From Candidatus Zhuqueibacterota bacterium (GTDB lineage: Bacteria; Zhuqueibacterota; Zhuqueibacteria; Oceanimicrobiales; Oceanimicrobiaceae): DNA of 64,000 nt. Below, in pieces: positions 56,070-64,000 of this stretch; position 1 is the stretch's first letter, and every line of letters starts with the position of its first letter. The stretch is taken from NCBI GenBank assembly GCA_029262005.1, contig JAJDAG010000150.1, forward strand, positions 20,248 to 84,247, written 5' to 3'. The position numbers and the translations under genes were made by a program. The notes under the pieces were generated by a model. The model worked only from the letters and a program-made list of their open reading frames with translations. It ran no database searches and was not told the DNA's origin.

Positions 56070-57829
56070 GGTTCAACCTCCTCTGTCATATCAAAAGACT
56101 CAAGCGCTTCTTCGAGTAATTGCTGTTCGTAAAGACGAGCATACAAACCGCCCTTACGCAACAACTCATGATGTGTGCCCGACTCACGAATCTGCCCATC
56201 TTCCAAAAACACGATTTGGTCGGCGTCCTTAACTGTGGAAATACGATGAGACACGATGATGCTGGTTCTTTCCCGCATAATATCCCGCAGACGCTTCAGG
56301 ATGGCTTCCTCCGTGTATGTATCCACAGCGGAAAGAGAATCGTCCAGAAGTAATATCTTGGGATTGGAGATCACGGCTCGTGCGATGGCCGTTCTCTGTT
56401 TCTGACCGCCTGAGAGATTAATGCCACGCTCGCCAAGCATCGTTTCAAACCCTTTATGAAAATCATGAATATCTGCGCGCACTTGACTCACCTCGGCAGC
56501 ATCTTCAACCTGCTCAAGTGATGCTGACTCTACTCCAAATTTTATGTTGGCATGAATCGTATCCGAAAACAGGAAGGTTTCCTGCGGAACATAACCAATA
56601 CTGCTTCTGAGCACAGCCAGTGGAATTTCCGCAATAGGACGGCCATCAAGAAGAACCTCACCCTCCTGTGTCTCCAACAACCTTGGAATCAGATTAATCA
56701 AAGTTGATTTACCGCTGCCGGTCGGCCCCACCAGCGCGAGAGTTGTACCGTGTTTGATGGTCAAATTAATATCTTTGAGAACCTGATTCTCTGCATATGA
56801 AAACGAAACCGCTTTGAATTCAATATCCCCACGAATATTTTCCAGCGAGAGGTCGGTATTTTTTCCGTCGTTAATTTCAGGCTCTAAATCGAAGATAAGG
56901 TCAAGCCGTGCCATGGAAGCAGCACCTTGCTGAAACAAATTGATAACCCAGCCAAGCGCAATCATCGGCCAGGTCAACATTCCCAGGTAGGCAAAAAACG
57001 CCACCAATTCACCCAGTGTCAACGTCTCTGCGATAACTTTTCCACCGCCAAACCACAGAACGATAACATCGCCCAGGCCAACCAGCAAAGCCATAGACGC
57101 CATCATCAAGCCACGCGTCTTAGTCATGCTCAAATTCAAATCGATAAATTGGTTATTCAGTTTCTGAAACTGCCTGAGCTCTCCCTGATCCTGAACATAC
57201 GCCTTGACAACCCTGATCCCCGATAGATTTTCTTGCACTTTTGAAGTAATTGCAGCAAACTGTGTCTGAATTTCTCTATGCGCTTTGTTCAACCGTTGAG
57301 CCAGTCGATTTACAATTAGAGCCATCAAGGGAAATGGCAGCAGGGCTAAAAGAGCGAGCTTTGCATCAATATAAATCATCACGCCGAAGTAGACCATACT
57401 GAATAGCGTATTCACTGAGTACATAATGGCCGGTCCGGTGACTTGACGCACAGCCTCTAGATCATTGGTTGCCCGCGCCATTAAATCCCCAGTCTTGAAC
57501 TCCCGATAGAAAGATTGCGACATTTTTTGAAGATGGGCGAAAAAATCATTCCGCAAATCATATTCAATATGGCGTGAAACGCCGATCATGGTCTTCCGCA
57601 TCAGGAATCGAAAGGCACCCTCAACCAAGGCAACAGCTACAATCAACGAAGCATATTTCAGCAAAACTGCATTGTTGATTTCAGTTTTAAGGTCGTCGAT
57701 AGCGTGCTTGAGCACCCAGGGAGCGAGCAAGGCCACGAGGTTTGTCATGACAATAAACCAGCAGCCAAGCAACATGGTTTTCTTGTGGCGGAAGAAGTAT
57801 TTTTTTAGTCTCTTAAACTTTTGAAACAC
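56066..57829 (-). CDS. ABC exporter, fused permease/ATPase, subunit 1
   Basis: 587 aa with Walker A GPTGSGKST, signature LSGGQKQ and Walker B ILLLDDS. A 4-nt overlap with the next gene implies a heterodimer. Confidence 0.9.
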   Translation of the reverse strand: MFQKFKRLKKYFFRHKKTMLLGCWFIVMTNLVALLAPWVLKHAIDDLKTEINNAVLLKYASLIVAVALVEGAFRFLMRKTMIGVSRHIEYDLRNDFFAHLQKMSQSFYREFKTGDLMARATNDLEAVRQVTGPAIMYSVNTLFSMVYFGVMIYIDAKLALLALLPFPLMALIVNRLAQRLNKAHREIQTQFAAITSKVQENLSGIRVVKAYVQDQGELRQFQKLNNQFIDLNLSMTKTRGLMMASMALLVGLGDVIVLWFGGGKVIAETLTLGELVAFFAYLGMLTWPMIALGWVINLFQQGAASMARLDLIFDLEPEINDGKNTDLSLENIRGDIEFKAVSFSYAENQVLKDINLTIKHGTTLALVGPTGSGKSTLINLIPRLLETQEGEVLLDGRPIAEIPLAVLRSSIGYVPQETFLFSDTIHANIKFGVESASLEQVEDAAEVSQVRADIHDFHKGFETMLGERGINLSGGQKQRTAIARAVISNPKILLLDDSLSAVDTYTEEAILKRLRDIMRERTSIIVSHRISTVKDADQIVFLEDGQIRESGTHHELLRKGGLYARLYEQQLLEEALESFDMTEEVEP

Positions 57830-58014
57830 GGAATTCCCTGGTACTTATATTCAGCAAAAGGCGTATTGCAAAGACAGTTGCAAATCCCTTACTATTGAAT
57901 TTGGCCTTATTGCCTGGTCTGTCCTGTATCGAACAAAAAGCGTAAGGTGCAAATTTAAATTTCGAATCTTTGATTCAGCGTCATGATGTTTCGGCTTGCC
58001 CGGCTCACCAGGCG

Positions 58015-58770
58015 CTATTTCTTCTTGTCACCAAACAATTTTGAATGGGTCTCAATAAAGCCCAGGAGTTCGTTCTGCACCTTATCTCGATCATAGTCTA
58101 CTGTTATAATGTGATATGATTCCGTCAGTTCAACAAGGCGTTTGTCTTGTGATGAAACCTCATCGTAAATTATTTGCGCGTTTTCAAAATCAACCGTGTG
58201 GTCATTGCGCGAGTGCATAATTAATAACGGTTGCACAATTTCAGGCAAGTCGGTTCGCATGTGGGTAAGCAACTGAAATAACTGATCAACAGCATAATAC
58301 GGGTAGCGCCGATAACTCCCAAGCTCAGCCTTTGCGCTCAAATCATGCACATCTTCGCCACCCCTTTTCACCCTAAAGCGCTTTACTGACTTAATTAATC
58401 GCACTGCCCTAACTTGCCAATTCGGATAATGTATAGGGGCGGCAAGAGAAACCACACCCCGAACCGGTCGGTGTGCTGCAAGGTGAAGCGCCAGCGTGCC
58501 TCCCATGGACATGCCGCAAACAAAGACTTCCTCGCACTCGGCAGCCAGCCTTGCGTGCGCTTGTTTGACGCATTCAAACCAGTCGCGCCAAGTGTAATTA
58601 AATAAATCGGCGGAATGTGTACCGTGGCCCGGCAATGTTGGGATAGAAAAAGTCAAATTATGTTCAGCAAGAAATTTCCCGAGGGCGATAACTTCAGTGT
58701 GACTTGCAGTAAATCCGTGCAGGAGCAGACAGCCTGTGGGGCCTTTTTTTACAAAATAATGTTCGGACAT
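58015..58770 (-). CDS. Alpha/beta-hydrolase carboxylesterase/monoacylglycerol-lipase-like
   Basis: 251 aa: LLLHGFTAS, nucleophile elbow GMSMGG, C-terminal SYHIIT (His). Resembles Bacillus-type Est carboxylesterases. Confidence 0.8.
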   Translation of the reverse strand: MSEHYFVKKGPTGCLLLHGFTASHTEVIALGKFLAEHNLTFSIPTLPGHGTHSADLFNYTWRDWFECVKQAHARLAAECEEVFVCGMSMGGTLALHLAAHRPVRGVVSLAAPIHYPNWQVRAVRLIKSVKRFRVKRGGEDVHDLSAKAELGSYRRYPYYAVDQLFQLLTHMRTDLPEIVQPLLIMHSRNDHTVDFENAQIIYDEVSSQDKRLVELTESYHIITVDYDRDKVQNELLGFIETHSKLFGDKKK

Positions 58771-58802
58771 ACAGGGCTGATCAAATTTTCGAACAATTTA
58801 TA

Positions 58803-58914
58803 AAGGCTGGTGGCCCGGGGGTGTCTCCCACTGTAGAATACCCCGACCAGCGAGCGAGTACCTGGCGGGCGCCAGTTTAGAAAATACCCATTGCCCTTGG
58901 TTGCCACCAGCCTT
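58803..58914. repeat. 112-bp element closed by a perfect 12-bp inverted repeat, GC-rich structured interior
   Basis: AAGGCTGGTGGC at 58803-58814 and GCCACCAGCCTT at 58903-58914. The interior contains CTGGCG..CGCCAG and GGGGT..ACCCC-type local stems. It lies in a 430-bp gap between the rSAM gene and the esterase gene. Confidence 0.5.
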
Positions 58915-59199
58915 AATTCCCCGTTTCGAGCTTTGCAAAAAAAATCGGCCTTACCAAAGACTTTGCTGAATTGCAATATACATGTTATTTTTGAAGAGAT
59001 CAAGTTAAAATATTAATCTCCCACCAGTTATTTGTCTCGCTCTAAGTCGTTTTCTCTAGGCAACAAATTGTTTTTACGAGATTAGAGGACTCGACAGAAT
59101 ACTCTAACTTTATGCTTTTACTGCTGCACTTTTTTGCCAAATAAATCACAATAAGCCATCATAACTCAATCCGGGCACCTCACAGGTTCATTAAAGGCG

Positions 59200-60486
59200 T
59201 CATTGCGGTTCCTGCATCTTCGGCACCGTGGCACCTTGTCGCGCCGTAAAAGTTTCCCGGGCCTGCTGCATGACATCCGCAGTGACAACCGACAACTGAT
59301 TCTCACGGGCAAAATGTTCGACACCCTTCACCACCATGCCGCGGGCAAAAGAAGGGATGGCAAGCAAACGCCTCTGCGCTTCCTCATCCCAGGCCAACTC
59401 ATATTTAACTTCAGTGCCAAAAGTCTCTTCCTCAGCAAGAATAATTTCTTTGCCACCAAATTCTCCCGGTGTGTAGGTGCAGGAGGAATCCTCGGCCATA
59501 TAATTTTGTGTCTCAGCGTAAGCCCGCGCCCGGCAACCGCTGCAAAGCGACTTGAATTCACACTCACCACAACGACCTTCGAGAAGTGAACGGTTCCGCA
59601 ATTCGTTGAGCAAGGGTGCCTCTTGCCAAATTCTGGCAAACGTCCCTTCCAAGAGATTGCCAACGCCAATTGGCATATAAGGACACGGTGTCACTTCTCC
59701 ATTCGGATCAATCTGACAATAATGCGTTGCTGCGGGGCAGCCGCCTGAATAGGTCTTTAAAAATGGTGAATTGGGGTTGGCCTCGTAAATAATGCGCTTG
59801 TACTGAGGTGTGCATTTTGCGCTGATGAGCATGCGGCCGATATAATCTTTCTGCAATTCGTAGAGGTGACGTAAAGCACTTTCATAGCGTTCGGCAGACA
59901 CATCCGTAATCCCTTGACCGCGGCCGGTACACACAAGAAAATACAAATTGAAAAATTTGGAACCCAATTCGTGCGTCAAAGCAGCGATATCTGCAATTTC
60001 ATCGTAGTTCCATGTCATCACCGAAGTCTGGATGACAAACTCCAGCCCGGCCTTGCGCAGCGCTTTGGTACTGTTTATGGCGCTTTGCCATGAGCCGGGA
60101 ACAGCCGTAAAATCATCATGTTGCTCAGCCCGGCTGGAATGCAGACTGATGCTAACCCCCTTCACACCGGCGTCAACCATTTGCTGGGCATTCTCTTGAT
60201 TGACCGTGGTGCCATTGGTAGCAAAAACAACAAAAAAGTCGCGATCTGCCGCAAAGCGAGCCACCTCAAAAATATCCGGCCGCAGCAGCGGTTCGCCGCC
60301 GGTCAAAATCAACAGCGCGTTCGGATTGATTTCTGAAATTTGTTCAATAATGTTGAAACAGTTCTGCGTGGTCAGCTCGTCAACTTTTCGGCCGGCACGG
60401 AAATCTGCATCGAGATAGCAATGCTCACAATTTAAATTACAGCGCTTTGTGACATTCCAGGAGATGGTGTGAGTTTGGTAATTCAT
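59200..60486 (-). CDS. Radical SAM/SPASM-type enzyme (AhbD/NirJ-like N-terminus) with C-terminal PCP_red-like helical domain
   Basis: 428 aa: CNLNCEHC at aa 16-23, TGGEPLL, Cys-rich auxiliary-cluster region aa 249-318 (GGCPAATHYC..PCPY..CGECEFKSLCSGC). This is followed by aa 362-410: LAWDEEAQRRLLAIPSFARGMVVKGVEHFARENQLSVVTADVMQQARE. Confidence 0.8.
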   Translation of the reverse strand: MNYQTHTISWNVTKRCNLNCEHCYLDADFRAGRKVDELTTQNCFNIIEQISEINPNALLILTGGEPLLRPDIFEVARFAADRDFFVVFATNGTTVNQENAQQMVDAGVKGVSISLHSSRAEQHDDFTAVPGSWQSAINSTKALRKAGLEFVIQTSVMTWNYDEIADIAALTHELGSKFFNLYFLVCTGRGQGITDVSAERYESALRHLYELQKDYIGRMLISAKCTPQYKRIIYEANPNSPFLKTYSGGCPAATHYCQIDPNGEVTPCPYMPIGVGNLLEGTFARIWQEAPLLNELRNRSLLEGRCGECEFKSLCSGCRARAYAETQNYMAEDSSCTYTPGEFGGKEIILAEEETFGTEVKYELAWDEEAQRRLLAIPSFARGMVVKGVEHFARENQLSVVTADVMQQARETFTARQGATVPKMQEPQ

Positions 60487-60620
60487 GCGGTTTTACCGGC
60501 GGCAAGAATAAGATATTTTGCCGACTTTAACGGCTTTTAGTTGAATTTTTAAACAAAAAGTGCGCGTAACTCCACGTATCCCGGCACTGTTCTCAGAATA
60601 AGTGCGGAGGCAATATTTTA

Positions 60621-62864
60621 TCACATGCCGGACTCTTTGCGCGCGGCCATCATTATTTCCGCAGTGATTGTCGTATGACCATTGGCGGCGGCATATTTTT
60701 CAACACTTTTACGCGCTACTTCACGAACAAAACCGGGGACACGTTGCAAGCGTTCTTCCGCTTCAGCTGTCCAGGTCACGGTAGTCTCGGGCTGGTTTTC
60801 ATATTGGCTTGGGGTAACTTCAGAGTGAAATTCACCTGAACGCTCCCAGACGTTTTTGGCTTTGTCCACCGCTGCACCGGTCACCTTGTCAATTTTCATC
60901 TCACGAGCGCAACGTTCAACTTCAAGCGCCACCATGCCACGGATAAAATCAGGAATGCGGTTGATGCGCTCAAGCGCCTCAGGTTCCCACTCCATTTGCA
61001 TGGACCGTTTTTCAGAACCCGATGCCCATTCTTTGTATTTTTCTTCAACCAACTCCGGCGTAACAGTAGTCGCGCTTGTGCGTTGGGCAAAAGCGCTAAT
61101 CCTTTCCCGCGTCATCTCACGCATGAAGCCTTCGGGTACTTTTAACAGACGCGCCTCTGCAGCTTCGGTCCAGACAACCGTCTTAGCACCGTGCGTTGCT
61201 GCTGATTGACTGGTCTGATGCGCTGAACTTTCCGGCAACTTTGATTCTATTGTTTCCGCTGACGTGCCCGAGCCCTCTTCAATGGCTTGCATTACCAGCT
61301 CCCGAGTAATGGTGGGCAGCTTACGCACACGGGCTTCCTTCTCAATTTGGGCTTTGGCACGACGGCGTGGATAGCCGGATGGTACAGAGTCCAACGCCTG
61401 CCTGGCCTCGCTTGTCCAGGCCAACTGTACGCCATCAAATGTGGTTTCCGACTCCAGCGCGCCTTCGGTTTGTGCTTTCGACTGGATTGCAGCTTTGTCC
61501 AGCTTTGTAAATGCTTCACCTGCCGCTTCGCAAACAACGCATTTAACCGGCTGCTGACCTCTTACTGTGTGACCACAATTATCGCAGACAAAAACCGCTT
61601 CTTCAGCCAGTTTTTTCTCCGCAACCTTTACAGCCAAACCCATTGCCGCCGCTGCACCGGGTGGTAAAATATCGCCCATGGACTGCTCTATGACGCCCGA
61701 AGTGATAACTGAATGCCCGCGTTCCATTGCCCAGCGTAAAACAGCATTGCGGGCGACACCACGCACAAAATCAGGCACCTGCTCCATGCGCTGTATCGCC
61801 TCATCGGTCCAGTGAATAGATTCCTGCGCCTTAATATCAACGGGTGGTACACATTTGCCACTGGTCAAAAGCACATGACAAGGCGCCATACGCATGAGGT
61901 TTTCGGAGTTGCTGCCAATATCCATGTCCTGCTCGCTGTGAATGCCGATCCGCCCACAAATGAGCAGCCAGGCATTTTTCTTGATAACGTGCTGGTGGAT
62001 TTTTTCAAACGGTTTACCCGGCAAAAGTGTGGTCTCCAGCACCATGCCCTCGGCATCTGCCAGCTTTTTGCCCACTTCCAGGTGTGACTGATAAATTTTC
62101 GCAAGCCCGGTATCTATGACCTCCTCGTGCATCTCTTCCTGCTCTTTGAACTTAAAAACCTGAGCTGCTTCATCGGAAAGTACCTCGGCAATGCTGTGGA
62201 AAATACTGTAATGTAAGTAAGGATCAAATACGGCAACGGCTTGCAGCGGTTTGTTGAACTGCCTGGCCAGAAACATACCGATATTGAGGCCATGAAACGA
62301 CTGCGGACTGCCATCAAGAGCAACAATAATCGGACGGCCGGTTGAATGGCCGTTGGTCTGTTCCTGCCACGGCTGCACCTCTTTTACAATGAGCGTATCC
62401 ACAGCAATGCGGCGTACCACCCGCTCGGTGACACTGCCGATCAAACTGCCTTTTACGGCACCCTGACCGTGCGCGCCCATGACCACCAAATCATAGTCAC
62501 TCTCATTGACATCCTTGACGATTTCCGCATAATTGCGGCCATCGAATGTTTTTTGCTCAAAGGGTAGCCCGGCCTCTTTACAGCGTTCTTGCATTACGTC
62601 CAGGTAAGAGTTGCTGATGAGTTTCAACCCTTTTTCAATGAGCGTGTCATGTGTTCGCCGCTGTTTTTCCAACTCTGTTTCCACGCGATATTTATCAGGC
62701 AGCGTAAACTCCATCTGCTTGAAACGCATGTCATGCATTTTACCGGCATATACATGATTTCCAACCAAATTCGCGCCTGTTGCTTGAGCCAGCGCCATGG
62801 AAAAATCAATGCAAGAATCAGAATGCTGTGAATTGTCCAAAGGGACGTAGATTTTTTTGTACAT
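60621..62864 (-). CDS. Tandem universal-stress-protein domains fused to five PCP_red-like repeats and a CxxC..CxxC ribbon
   Basis: 747 aa. USP-like halves at aa 1-160 (VMGAHGQGAVKGSLIGSVTERV) and aa 175-335. Repeats start near aa 350, 480, 563, 624 and 696, each W-[TES]-x-E-A-x-x-x-[LMI]-x-x-[VI]-P-x-[FY].. through to ..[VI]T-x-E. FVCDNCGH..KCVVCEA lies at aa 425-446. Confidence 0.75.
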   Translation of the reverse strand: MYKKIYVPLDNSQHSDSCIDFSMALAQATGANLVGNHVYAGKMHDMRFKQMEFTLPDKYRVETELEKQRRTHDTLIEKGLKLISNSYLDVMQERCKEAGLPFEQKTFDGRNYAEIVKDVNESDYDLVVMGAHGQGAVKGSLIGSVTERVVRRIAVDTLIVKEVQPWQEQTNGHSTGRPIIVALDGSPQSFHGLNIGMFLARQFNKPLQAVAVFDPYLHYSIFHSIAEVLSDEAAQVFKFKEQEEMHEEVIDTGLAKIYQSHLEVGKKLADAEGMVLETTLLPGKPFEKIHQHVIKKNAWLLICGRIGIHSEQDMDIGSNSENLMRMAPCHVLLTSGKCVPPVDIKAQESIHWTDEAIQRMEQVPDFVRGVARNAVLRWAMERGHSVITSGVIEQSMGDILPPGAAAAMGLAVKVAEKKLAEEAVFVCDNCGHTVRGQQPVKCVVCEAAGEAFTKLDKAAIQSKAQTEGALESETTFDGVQLAWTSEARQALDSVPSGYPRRRAKAQIEKEARVRKLPTITRELVMQAIEEGSGTSAETIESKLPESSAHQTSQSAATHGAKTVVWTEAAEARLLKVPEGFMREMTRERISAFAQRTSATTVTPELVEEKYKEWASGSEKRSMQMEWEPEALERINRIPDFIRGMVALEVERCAREMKIDKVTGAAVDKAKNVWERSGEFHSEVTPSQYENQPETTVTWTAEAEERLQRVPGFVREVARKSVEKYAAANGHTTITAEIMMAARKESGM

Positions 62865-62999
62865 TACTATTTTCCTGTGTATGCAACAAATGGAAGGTAA
62901 CTGTATTCAGCCTTAAAGGCGCAAAGGACAAAACTCCAAACAACTATATACCAGGTAATACCAGGTGCCTTTGAGTCCTCCGGGGCATCCACGAAAGCA

Positions 63000-63698
63000 T
63001 CACCGCATGCGTTTTCCTGCTTTTCCGCGAATTGGTGCTTTGTCGTAAACCTCGCTCACCCACATAACATAGCCAACACTGTAATCCGGGTGTTGAATGT
63101 GGAAACTATCGTGTTCAAAAAGCATCCGTGCCAAGAATATAAATTGAAAATTGAGATCCTTGGAATCGACAATTTCGGCAACGCCGTTTATCTGAAAGCT
63201 TTTGTAATTCGGCCCCGGACTTGTGAATTGTAAACTGACAAGCGGGTTGACTTCTATGTTCTGAAAAGAATTGCCACGGAAGATCTCCAGCATTCCCAAT
63301 TTGTTCATGGCGATATGATCGCTGCTATAAAATTTTTGAATCGCCTTGACCCGGTCTTGCTTGCTTTCTTTCCACTTTTCTCCCTCTTTTCCCTCAAGTA
63401 ATTCAGAGAACAGATCACAATACGACTGCAAGTATTCATCCTTAGGTAGCAGCCCCACACCTTTGGTTGAAGTATGGAACGGAAAAGCGCCCTCCCGGTT
63501 TACGGTTGTCATGACCGGCAGGTGGGACGCGAAACTGGGAACGATATCCTTGCGGGCAATATCCTGAAAAATCGCACTGCGATCTTCGAGCTGCCACTGC
63601 AAAAATTCCGTTGTAAAATCACGAACCGGATACTCACAGCTACCGTTGCCGTTCAAAGAGTCAATATAGATGCTACCATCATTTTTTTTAAGCTGCAT
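63000..63698 (-). CDS. Hypothetical protein; C-terminal half resembles a PNPOx/HugZ-type split beta-barrel
   Basis: 232-aa ORF. The stretch NSFQNIEVNPLVSLQF..FQINGVAEIVDSKD resembles the FMN/heme-binding split-barrel pattern. This is a weak by-eye call. Confidence 0.4.
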   Translation of the reverse strand: MQLKKNDGSIYIDSLNGNGSCEYPVRDFTTEFLQWQLEDRSAIFQDIARKDIVPSFASHLPVMTTVNREGAFPFHTSTKGVGLLPKDEYLQSYCDLFSELLEGKEGEKWKESKQDRVKAIQKFYSSDHIAMNKLGMLEIFRGNSFQNIEVNPLVSLQFTSPGPNYKSFQINGVAEIVDSKDLNFQFIFLARMLFEHDSFHIQHPDYSVGYVMWVSEVYDKAPIRGKAGKRMR

Positions 63699-63892
63699 TA
63701 ATTATCTCCAATGTTGGGTTCCCAAGCAAAGAACAATCCAACAAATTCTTTTATCAAAATTTGACTGGGTTCAAGTGAAGTGCGGATTAGAAAAAAACAT
63801 GAGGGAAAATAAATCAATTGAATCAATAATACAACAGTTTTATCATTGTACTGGATTTGATTAGCTATGCAACGCTCAAACAAACCCATTTT

Positions 63893-64000
63893 TTAAAGAG
63901 AAAGACTCGGGTTTTTCGTGGCCTGTTGAATCTTGTTTGCCAGTGCCAGGGGTGTTTCGCCGTAATTATTCAACCCCTGATATTGGCGTGAAACGCTTAA
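63893..64000 (-). CDS. C-terminal 35 codons of an unidentified gene entering from the right edge
   Basis: The only open frame on the minus strand from nt 64000: LSVSRQYQGLNNYGETPLALANKIQQATKNPSLSL then TAA at 63893-63895. It is too short to assign. Confidence 0.3.
   Translation of the reverse strand, partial: LSVSRQYQGLNNYGETPLALANKIQQATKNPSLSL

Noticed and set aside
58803-58914. Tried to assign the structured element (and the one at 32833-32976) to a riboswitch class such as ZTP, glycine, TPP, cobalamin or fluoride
   Set aside because: The conserved core sequences of those classes, as I remember them, are not present. A covariance-model search would be needed. I left both as unclassified structures.
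58749-59003. 84-aa minus-strand ORF in the rSAM-esterase gap
   Set aside because: It overlaps the esterase start by 22 nt and runs through the inverted-repeat element. It has no motif or SD. I treated the region as non-coding.
63698-63889. 63-aa minus-strand ORF upstream of the 232-aa hypothetical gene
   Set aside because: It is short and hydrophobic with AT-rich composition. Its stop overlaps the next gene's start only by chance-level geometry, and there is no supporting signal.
1-64000. Searched by eye for rRNA, tRNA, CRISPR arrays, transposases, integrases, phage or defence-system genes
   Set aside because: None found. There are no regularly spaced direct repeats, no tRNA cloverleaf candidates outside CDS, and no recombinase-like ORFs. 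I therefore make no genomic-island or prophage claim.

Overview
This 64 kb window reads as ordinary bacterial chromosome with about 58 protein genes, mostly on the minus strand. I found no rRNA, tRNA, CRISPR array, transposase or integrase. The ORF track renders GTG/TTG starts as M and omits ORFs that run off the window, so several starts were re-derived by hand.

Blocks in order:
1. 1-5893 (-): L-rhamnose operon with rhaB, rhaA, a GH88/GH105-like unsaturated uronyl hydrolase, an SDR, and a TIM-barrel isomerase/epimerase cut by the window edge.
2. 6335-11787 (+): bacterial microcompartment (BMC) operon of the Planctomycetes/Verrucomicrobia (PVM) type. It has three tandem BMC-P genes, PduL, an acylating aldehyde dehydrogenase, a single BMC-H, a class II aldolase and acetate kinase. 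This suggests a PVC-superphylum-like host (inference).
3. 11836-17279 (-), convergent on the BMC operon: a divergent xylose-isomerase-like enzyme, an FGGY kinase and lutABC.
4. 17459-22877 (-): an OYE flavoenzyme, a GH37 trehalase-like protein and a 768-aa unknown protein.
5. 23146-32712 (-): an eight-gene sugar operon of unknown substrate. It encodes a long SSS symporter, class I aldolase, Gfo/Idh/MocA dehydrogenase, lyxose-isomerase-like cupin, mutarotase-like DUF4432-type protein, PfkB kinase, NAD epimerase-like protein and DHDPS-like protein.
6. 32713-33924: AT-rich gap with a structured inverted-repeat element and a frameshifted GxxExxY gene bracketed by CACGAA/TTCGTG hairpins.
7. Housekeeping genes: long-form ispG, an amidohydrolase lipoprotein, a thiolase, rnc-fabF-acpP-fabG-fabD-fabH-plsX-rpmF-yceD, ndk, sucDC, and carbamate kinase overlapping a COG2403-like P-loop protein.
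8. A consensus sigma54-type promoter in front of an orphan OmpR-type response regulator.
9. A lipoprotein plus a heterodimeric ABC exporter, and an esterase.
10. 59200-63698 (-): a radical SAM/SPASM enzyme and a USP-USP protein that share a roughly 45-aa helical repeat (1 copy and 5 copies). The repeat resembles the BchB/ChlB C-terminal (PCP_red) domain.

Block 10 is my best candidate for an undescribed system. Next come the isomerase-kinase-LutABC operon that appears to complete the BMC pathway, and the unassigned sugar operon. All family calls are from motif recognition by eye. No database search was run.
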